Of a stretch of 64,000 nucleotides of DNA, positions 58,783 to 64,000 are shown piece by piece. Each line of letters begins with the position of its first letter. The stretch's first letter is position 1. A model generated the notes under the pieces. The model did not search any database and had not been told where the DNA came from. It saw nothing but the letters and a program-made list of their open reading frames with translations. The position numbers and the translations under genes were made by a program. The stretch lies in the sequence record PZ534511.1, one strand, 5' to 3'. The DNA comes from a phage.

Positions 58783-59208
58783 ACCCTCATCGAAGCAAAC
58801 CATGGTATACTCAAGCCCTTGATGGTTAAGCTTATCTTGTACATACTCCATGTGGCAGTATTTTACAACAGCTCCCTTTTTGCTTCTATCCCACTTGCCG
58901 GTGTTCGGATCAAACCGTGGAAAAATGAACTTATGATCCTTCTCTCTGAACTTTGGCTTAATGTTTTCAGGCAGATCACTATAAATAGCTACTGCTTTAG
59001 GCCATAGTCCACCCTCACCTTCCAACTGTGGGGTTGTTCTTCGGAACATAACCACAGAGCTGTGGGGGTCATCAATAATTTTAAGTGGCATCAATTGCAA
59101 GAGGAACGACTTGCCAGACCCTGCGGCACCGCCGATTACCAAAATATCTGCATCGTTTTCAAGGATCATCTTCTGCTTTTCAGAACACGGTCCGTAAATC
59201 TTAGACAT
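58780..59208 (-). CDS. terL: Terminase large subunit, exon 1 (ATPase N-terminal part)
   Basis: Walker A GGAAGSGKS; Walker B MVCFDE just before stop at 58780-58782, followed by intron P element. Confidence 0.75.
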   Translation of the reverse strand: MSKIYGPCSEKQKMILENDADILVIGGAAGSGKSFLLQLMPLKIIDDPHSSVVMFRRTTPQLEGEGGLWPKAVAIYSDLPENIKPKFREKDHKFIFPRFDPNTGKWDRSKKGAVVKYCHMEYVQDKLNHQGLEYTMVCFDEG

Positions 59209-59495
59209 TAACCTCTCTCCTTTGGAAACAGTGTTCTAATATAGTCTTGCAAAATGATCAATTTAGCTCTATCATTGCTACAAGACAGATTATTATCCCT
59301 CATAATGCCAGAATTCACTGCATCTGGCGCACCTTTCTTCAAAGGCATAGCTTTAGCAGGTGGTTTCATGGCACCTTCCGGGGGTTTAACAATCAACCTT
59401 CCTACATCAGGAGGGTCAATCTTGTATTCTCTCTCAACGCTGGTTGCACACCCACATAATAACAAGCACACAATAAACAGTGCAGCAACTCTCAT
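59208..59495 (-). CDS. Outer-membrane spanin (o-spanin, Rz1-like lipoprotein)
   Basis: Signal peptide with lipobox-like LLLCGC; Pro-rich mature region; overlaps i-spanin by 4 nt. Confidence 0.55.
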   Translation of the reverse strand: MRVAALFIVCLLLCGCATSVEREYKIDPPDVGRLIVKPPEGAMKPPAKAMPLKKGAPDAVNSGIMRDNNLSCSNDRAKLIILQDYIRTLFPKERG

Positions 59496-59890
59496 CGACC
59501 CTCCTGATTAATACTCTCATTATAAATATCTATAAGCTGATCAGGGAGTGTTGACTTCTTACCCTCAGGTGATTGGAGGTAAATAATCTGCTTTTCTTTA
59601 CCTGCCCTCTCAGCTATATTTAATTTATCCTGCAGATCAGAAAGAGATTTTTCAAGGTTTTTAACCTCCTCTGCGTGGCCCATTTTAATCTTGTCGGCCT
59701 GCTTTTGTTGCTGATCAAGGATCCGTTCCCACTTTAACTCTGTTGCTGACACACCCTCCTGGTAGGCATCATTAAGCTTGGAGTTAAACCAATACACGGC
59801 CCCAAGATAAGCTGTACCTATCGCAGCTGCAAAAACTAAACCTTTTATGATCCCTTTATACCTACTCAGCCATGTTAAAACTGAAATCAT
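59492..59890 (-). CDS. Inner-membrane spanin (i-spanin, Rz-like)
   Basis: N-terminal TM helix IIKGLVFAAAIGTAYLGAVYWF plus coiled-coil periplasmic domain. Confidence 0.55.
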   Translation of the reverse strand: MISVLTWLSRYKGIIKGLVFAAAIGTAYLGAVYWFNSKLNDAYQEGVSATELKWERILDQQQKQADKIKMGHAEEVKNLEKSLSDLQDKLNIAERAGKEKQIIYLQSPEGKKSTLPDQLIDIYNESINQEGR

Positions 59891-59900
59891 TTTAAGGCTC

Positions 59901-59939
59901 CAGAAACGAAAAAACCCCGCAGCTATGCAGCTAACGGGG
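59901..59939 (-). terminator. Rho-independent terminator
   Basis: CCCCG...CGGGG stem enclosing CAGCTATGCAGCTG, then TTTTTTCGTTTC. Confidence 0.45.
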
Positions 59940-59995
59940 CGGGTTAAAATTGAGTAACCTAAATAGATCGAAACTAACTAAAAGGAGACTAATAC

Positions 59996-60265
59996 TTATC
60001 GAGGCACTCGGTGGATGATTCTAACAGTAACTGCATTTTCATTCATCAAGTATGCATCTACATCTCTGTAAATATAAAACTTCTGCTCACTATCAACAAC
60101 ACAAGCTACTGCCCCTTCAGAGTTGTCTTCAAAAAAGACCACCACTGCATCGCAGCTGAGTTCATGATATGACTCTCGAAGATTTACAGCCAGAGGATTG
60201 AAATCGTCACGAAAATCTACAGTATGGGTTGGATTTACACGCTCTACAATTTTAAGTGTATACAT
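59996..60265 (-). CDS. Hypothetical protein (89 aa)
   Basis: Track ORF 59996..60355 would overlap tRNA-Pro; start set at internal ATG 60265 after AAGGAA. Confidence 0.45.
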   Translation of the reverse strand: MYTLKIVERVNPTHTVDFRDDFNPLAVNLRESYHELSCDAVVVFFEDNSEGAVACVVDSEQKFYIYRDVDAYLMNENAVTVRIIHRVPR

Positions 60266-60311
60266 TTTAAAGGTTCCTTTTGTTTGTATATGTTTAAAGT
60301 ATAACTGAAAG

Positions 60312-60388
60312 TGGTCTCCACGGAGTGATTCGAACACTCGACCTCCTGATCCCAAATCAGGCGCTCTACCAAGCTGAGCTACGCGGAG
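60312..60388 (-). tRNA. tRNA-Pro (anticodon UGG)
   Basis: Hand-folded cloverleaf: 7-bp acceptor CUCCGCG/CGUGGAG, T-loop GUUCGAAUC, anticodon loop UUUGGGA, encoded CCA. Confidence 0.7.
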
Positions 60389-60399
60389 TATTTATTATT

Positions 60400-60474
60400 T
60401 GGTGGCCCTGGGTGGAATTGAACCACCGTCTGGCGATTATGAGTCGCTTGCTTGAACCTTCCAGCTACAGGGCC
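60400..60474 (-). tRNA. tRNA-Met or Ile2 (anticodon CAU)
   Basis: Acceptor GGCCCUG/CAGGGCC, anticodon loop CUCAUAA, T-arm GGUGG-UUCAAUU-CCACC, encoded CCA. Confidence 0.65.
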
Positions 60475-60475
60475 A

Positions 60476-60551
60476 TGGTGCTGATAGCAGGACTCGAACC
60501 TGCAACCTATTGATTACAAATCAATTGCACTACCAATTGTGCTACATCAGC
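60476..60551 (-). tRNA. tRNA-Thr (anticodon UGU)
   Basis: Acceptor GCUGAUG, D-arm GCAC-AAUUGGUA-GUGC, anticodon loop UUUGUAA, T-loop UUCGAGU, CCA. Confidence 0.7.
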
Positions 60552-60556
60552 AAAAA

Positions 60557-60655
60557 GGTGCTAGGTGATGGAATCGAACCACCTATGTATTCAACGACTA
60601 CCTCGTCTATTTTCAGGATTAAAAATCCTCGCCCTTGCCAAAGGGCTTACCTAGC
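60557..60655 (-). tRNA. Atypical tRNA-like gene (about 99 nt; possible UUU anticodon; about 30-nt variable region)
   Basis: Perfect acceptor GCUAGGU/ACCUAGC, D-arm GCCC-UUUGGCAA-GGGC, T-arm GGUGG-UUCGAUU-CCAUC, but anticodon arm non-canonical and extra hairpin ACGAGGUAGUCGU; 3' CC only. Confidence 0.4.
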
Positions 60656-60753
60656 TCAGTATGTTGACCATGTTGCTAGTCGGCGATGACGACTGTAACA
60701 TTTGATAATCCGGTTCTGCTTCCGGCTTTCGCTTAATTACAAGGTCAACAATA

Positions 60754-60844
60754 TGGCTGAGGGTAATGGAATCGAACCATCATCGAGTCATCCTCAACGG
60801 GACGGTTTTCAAGACCGCTTGAGCACCATTGCTCCCTACCCTCA
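60754..60844 (-). tRNA. tRNA-Ser (anticodon UGA), long variable arm
   Basis: Acceptor UGAGGGU/ACCCUCA, anticodon loop CUUGAAA, long variable arm, T-loop UUCGAUU, CCA. Confidence 0.65.
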
Positions 60845-60958
60845 TTTATAAACAATACTGATAATGACACTGATTTTCGAGCAGTTAGTGACTAGTATAA
60901 ACGACGATAAATATCAATGCCATTATCTGTATGATTTATGCATTTAAAAATGTAAATT

Positions 60959-61045
60959 TGGTGGGGAGTGGTGGAGTCGAACCACCCGAGTCGCAATGAC
61001 AATAGATTTACAGTCTACACCGCTACCTCTACGGGATAACTCCCC
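60959..61045 (-). tRNA. tRNA-Tyr (anticodon GUA), long variable arm
   Basis: Acceptor GGGGAGU/ACUCCCC, anticodon loop CUGUAAA, T-arm GGUGG-UUCGACU-CCACC, CCA. Confidence 0.65.
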
Positions 61046-61049
61046 AATT

Positions 61050-61124
61050 TGGCACCCCGTACTGGACTCGAACCAGTGTCAACGGCTTAGAAGGCCGCTG
61101 CTTTATCCACTAAGCTAACAGGGC
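61050..61124 (-). tRNA. tRNA-Arg (anticodon UCU)
   Basis: Acceptor GCCCUGU/ACGGGGU (G-U pairs), D-arm GCUU-AGUGGAUAA-AGC, anticodon loop CUUCUAA, T-loop UUCGAGU, CCA. Confidence 0.65.
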
Positions 61125-61182
61125 ACTGGGTGGCTTTCTTTTACACCTTAGCCGCCAGAAAAGGTGGGAGACCATGTTTACA

Positions 61183-61211
61183 ATATTACACTGTTAAGCA
61201 AAGTTTGTCAA
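61183..61211 (-). promoter_or_regulatory. Sigma70-like promoter (TTGACA-17-TAATAT) for tRNA cluster
   Basis: About 60 nt upstream of tRNA-Arg. Confidence 0.45.
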
Positions 61212-61220
61212 GAAAATATT

Positions 61221-61559
61221 TTAACTATTGCCAACAGGCTGTATTTCTGTGGTAAATGGCATAAAAGGTGCTGGTTTTTCAGCCTCTTCTACTACCACCT
61301 CTTCCTCTTCACCGAACATCTCATCATATTCTTCCTGCATTCGGTCTGCCTTATCAAGAACATACTCTGCAATGCTTTGACGAATATTTTGTTTGGTTTT
61401 CGGGTCCAACATCAGCTCTCTTAAAACTTTGTGAGCTTCTGGAACCATCGCTATAAAAGATTCCTTCATATCAAGGATGTTCTTCTCTAGCTGAATGGCG
61501 TTGGACTCCTCTTTCAGAGGTCTGCCTCTACGGCGACGCTTTTTAGTTGTATCCGCCAT
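61221..61559 (-). CDS. Basic DNA-binding protein candidate (AT-hook-like N-terminus)
   Basis: Start at internal ATG 61559 after GGAGG and consensus promoter; N-terminus TTKKRRRRGRP; acidic C-terminus. Confidence 0.45.
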   Translation of the reverse strand: MADTTKKRRRRGRPLKEESNAIQLEKNILDMKESFIAMVPEAHKVLRELMLDPKTKQNIRQSIAEYVLDKADRMQEEYDEMFGEEEEVVVEEAEKPAPFMPFTTEIQPVGNS

Positions 61560-61587
61560 GTTTCCTCCATTATCACGTGATAGGTGG

Positions 61588-61616
61588 ATTTTATCATAGC
61601 AAATACTGATTGTCAA
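61588..61616 (-). promoter_or_regulatory. Sigma70-like promoter (TTGACA-17-TAAAAT)
   Basis: Consensus hexamers about 30 nt upstream of ATG 61559. Confidence 0.45.
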
Positions 61617-61903
61617 GTTCGCCGCAGGGTGGTATTCCCTGCGACTTGTCCAGCGTCCTAGACCAGCAAGACCCAACAAGTGGGTTACCAGAGCCCATTA
61701 CCGCACTTTGGCTCGACCTTATTACAGGTTGGCTGGGGTCACATCGTCATGTGCTGGCTGCCCCTACCATTTTAAGTGTGGTGCACTATCAAGCCCTCTA
61801 AGGGGAACTCAGTCTTCTCCGAACCCTGTTTCAAAGCATCCGGAGATAAAGCCATCAAATTCATCTTTAAATTGGATATTCATCATGATACACGAAAACA
61901 ACC

Positions 61904-62146
61904 TCATTGTAAAGCACAAATAAATAAAACATACTTAATTTGTTTGTTATCAGGCTCAGGGTAGAAGTAGAAGATCTTGCTATCACCGATCTGAACACCA
62001 CCATCCCAACAGCATAGCCCATAACCCGTATTCATACAAGCTAAGTCGTTGGCAAAATCTATTGCATCATCCAGTGCACGAAATTCACCTTCATCTTCTA
62101 AATAATCCTCATTCATGGAACGAAAAACGAGCTTAACCTTAAACAT
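61904..62146 (-). CDS. Hypothetical protein
   Basis: Track ORF, 80 aa. Confidence 0.4.
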   Translation of the reverse strand: MFKVKLVFRSMNEDYLEDEGEFRALDDAIDFANDLACMNTGYGLCCWDGGVQIGDSKIFYFYPEPDNKQIKYVLFICALQ

Positions 62147-62222
62147 AGCATTACCTGTAGACCTCGTAAGTTAAAATTGTATCACATCATATTGCAGATC
62201 TTATCAGGTAACATTATTTTTG

Positions 62223-62432
62223 TCAACAGATTCCGGCCTTATCTCGCCTGTCTGCGTATTCTTTAATCGCAACCTCCTCTGCATTGGTGACTAAATCTTC
62301 AAAGTAACTCTCAAGCTCCTCGTCAATGTCAGGAAACCAACTCTTTTTCCTGTCAGTGTGAATCGCAGACTTGTTGAATTTATTACAGTTCTTTGCTACC
62401 GGATTATTCATTAATAGCCCCTCAGCGTTCAT
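62223..62432 (-). CDS. Hypothetical protein
   Basis: Track ORF, 69 aa, overlaps upstream gene stop. Confidence 0.4.
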   Translation of the reverse strand: MNAEGLLMNNPVAKNCNKFNKSAIHTDRKKSWFPDIDEELESYFEDLVTNAEEVAIKEYADRRDKAGIC

Positions 62433-63000
62433 AGTAAATCTTATTTAACATTACCTCATCCTTTGCAGAAAGAATACCGAGATATGCATCACCGAACCTG
62501 CCTGCAACAACCTCTACATGATACATCACTTCGTTAATATCGTCAAGAGTGATAACTGGATGACCGTATCTCTCTGAGTATTGTCTCAGAGTGCGATGTA
62601 GGGAATCATCATCGTAGGCAGACTTTTTAATATCACAAACACGACGAATAGCCTTGATGTCGAAAAACCCTGTGCGATACCAACCAAGAAAAAGGTTTCG
62701 TGCAGTGTCAACACCTACATCAACACCGTCAAGAACCTTATCTACAAGATAGCTGTCATCCTTTGGACCTGCTTCCTTAGTTCGAATGTAGTTGCCATCT
62801 TTTCCAGGTGACAGCTCCTTCTCATCACCAACCTGAATGCCATCATTTGGCGGTGTTAACCACTTATCCGGATGCTTACGATCACGAGCGTTAGAATGAT
62901 TACGCTGGAAACCTGGCTTCCACTTGAAAGTTTTCTCCATCTGTTCTTCATTCTGATAACGTTTTGCAATCTTTTCACGGTCATCTTTGCGTGGACTCAT
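62422..63000 (-). CDS. Hypothetical protein
   Basis: Track ORF, 192 aa; GGAGG RBS; downstream of iteron/AT-rich region. Confidence 0.45.
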   Translation of the reverse strand: MSPRKDDREKIAKRYQNEEQMEKTFKWKPGFQRNHSNARDRKHPDKWLTPPNDGIQVGDEKELSPGKDGNYIRTKEAGPKDDSYLVDKVLDGVDVGVDTARNLFLGWYRTGFFDIKAIRRVCDIKKSAYDDDSLHRTLRQYSERYGHPVITLDDINEVMYHVEVVAGRFGDAYLGILSAKDEVMLNKIYYER

Positions 63001-63359
63001 AGCTGCCTCCTCTTCAAGTTATAGAAAAACTCACTGTATCGCTTTGTAACGAGCTTTTCTATCAAACTGGTGCGATTGCCTTACCTGATATAGTTTATAT
63101 AGCTGTGGAGCGATTTAGGGGCCTTCTTGTCCGTTTCCACACATAAACTTCATCCAAGCTCGCGCGGGAGACTCTCAACCGACTCCTTCCGGCGCTGGCA
63201 AGCTTTCGTCGGTGGTCCACATCAGTGCTCGGCCTTTGGCCTGCGCTATCGCTTCGCTCCCACACATGTTAACAGACCTGCATGTATGCACTTCTGTTAT
63301 TGTGTGCACCAGAGAGGCCCGGCATCTCGCCCCTCGTAGGCGAGTGCCAATGAAGGGCC

Positions 63360-63500
63360 GACACTACCAATAGTAAGTAATAAATTTAAAACATGGTACT
63401 TAGGATCTAATATATTCTACATAAGTTAAGTATATGTACTTAGTACCATAAGTACTAGATCTTTTGTTTTTTATTATTTAGTTATTTTAGTTATATTCTT
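63360..63500. promoter_or_regulatory. AT-rich tract with short GTACT-type repeats next to iterons; origin/operator candidate
   Basis: Sharp drop in GC; repeats GGTACTTAGGATCT / GTACTTAGTACC / AGTACTAGATCT. Confidence 0.35.
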
Positions 63501-63504
63501 TATG

Positions 63505-63585
63505 TGTCCGTATCACGGACAGTTAGTGTCCGTATTACGGACAGATTTGTCCGCGTGACGGACAGTAGTGTCCGTATCACGGACA
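63505..63585. repeat. Four 17-bp palindromic iterons TGTCCGTATCACGGACA at 21-22 bp spacing
   Basis: Copies ~63505-63521, 63527-63543 (1 mismatch), 63548-63564 (3 mismatches in central spacer), 63569-63585; half-sites TGTCCG/CGGACA invariant. Confidence 0.8.
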
Positions 63586-63660
63586 GTTACTAACCTCTGT
63601 TCCAGAGCGAACATAAAACATACGAATCCTTATAGTACAGATATTTAAGTTTTTACTGGT

Positions 63661-63957
63661 CTAACCAGTTGTTGACATTCGAATAACTTCTTCTGGTGGC
63701 AAAACTTTGGAAAATGTGCATCTTTTACCTCTCCCTTGTGTGGATATTTCAACCACTCCCGCACATTCTAAAGTTTTAACGCACGCTGCTGCTTTTGTTT
63801 TCTTTATTCCAACATCTGCTGCAATTTTCCTTGTGCTGGGTGTGAAGCGTGAACTTCCTCCAAGCTTATACCAGTTGTGCAGGTAGCAGTATACGATCTT
63901 GTCATACAAGTCAAGAACAACAACCTCCCCAGTTGTGTCATTCAAAACTTTTGACAT
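63661..63957 (-). CDS. Winged-helix DNA-binding regulator candidate
   Basis: STRKIAADVGIKKTKAAACVKTLECAGVV resembles an HTH recognition region; iterons lie just downstream. Confidence 0.4.
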   Translation of the reverse strand: MSKVLNDTTGEVVVLDLYDKIVYCYLHNWYKLGGSSRFTPSTRKIAADVGIKKTKAAACVKTLECAGVVEISTQGRGKRCTFSKVLPPEEVIRMSTTG

Positions 63958-64000
63958 AGACAGTATTTCAAGGGGGACTTTAAGATATAGCAGCTTATCC

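Noticed and set aside
59996-60355. Full-length track ORF (119 aa) upstream of the spanins
   Set aside because: Its first 30 codons overlap tRNA-Pro; the internal ATG at 60265 with an AAGGAA RBS gives a non-overlapping 89-aa gene.
60325-60513. 62-aa plus-strand ORF across the tRNA cluster
   Set aside because: Runs antisense through tRNA-Pro, tRNA-Met and tRNA-Thr; the tRNA folds are far better supported.
61101-61110. DnaA-box-like TTTATCCAC
   Set aside because: Falls inside the tRNA-Arg gene and is explained by tRNA sequence; isolated single match.
63127-63339. 70-aa plus-strand ORF in the GC-rich island
   Set aside because: TTG start, no RBS, opposite to all flanking genes, in a hairpin-rich segment; more likely non-coding.
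63505-63585. Possible CRISPR array
   Set aside because: Only four copies, each an internal palindrome, separated by 4-5 bp; this is an iteron/operator pattern, not repeat-spacer architecture.
1-64000. Diversity-generating retroelement or retron
   Set aside because: No ORF contains reverse-transcriptase motifs (YxDD box) and no template/variable repeat pair was seen near fibre gene 3' ends.
1-64000. Integrase, transposase or prophage boundary
   Set aside because: No recombinase-like ORF or att-like direct repeats seen; the only mobile elements supported are the two terL introns.

Overview
This 64-kb window reads as a contiguous piece of a tailed dsDNA phage genome (or a very intact prophage); no host genes were recognised. 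Coordinates of hand-located motifs are approximate (about +/-2 nt); ORF coordinates follow the supplied track unless stated. Layout: (i) 1-4421, a minus-strand operon with a truncated secreted SleB-like cell-wall hydrolase, a MoxR-type AAA+ ATPase and six unrecognised small/medium genes; (ii) 4498-11248, a plus-strand block of small genes headed by a VWA protein with an N-terminal HExxH motif, closed by a bidirectional terminator near 11262-11277; (iii) 11295-59890, one long minus-strand morphogenesis block. The morphogenesis block runs, in transcription order: spanin pair, large terminase split into three exons by two group I introns (each with an HNH endonuclease ORF), portal, scaffold, decoration and major capsid proteins, neck proteins, sheath, tube, chaperone pair, tape measure, baseplate genes, and an unusually large fibre/spike set (1266, 1279, 690, 346, 348, 581 and 1875 aa) with one Tfa-like chaperone; (iv) 60312-61124, seven minus-strand tRNA genes (Pro, Met/Ile-CAU, Thr, one atypical 99-nt tRNA-like, Ser, Tyr, Arg) behind a consensus promoter; (v) 61221-63957, small minus-strand genes, two GC-rich intergenic islands, and four 17-bp palindromic iterons next to an AT-rich tract and a wHTH gene. 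Consensus sigma70-type promoters (TTGACA-N17-TAAAAT) and hairpin terminators recur. The best candidate for an undescribed system is the divergent MoxR ATPase / VWA-HExxH pair with its co-operonic unknown genes, linked by a 29-bp perfect inverted repeat that duplicates a translation-initiation region; its function cannot be assigned from sequence. No CRISPR array, reverse transcriptase, integrase or transposase was seen.
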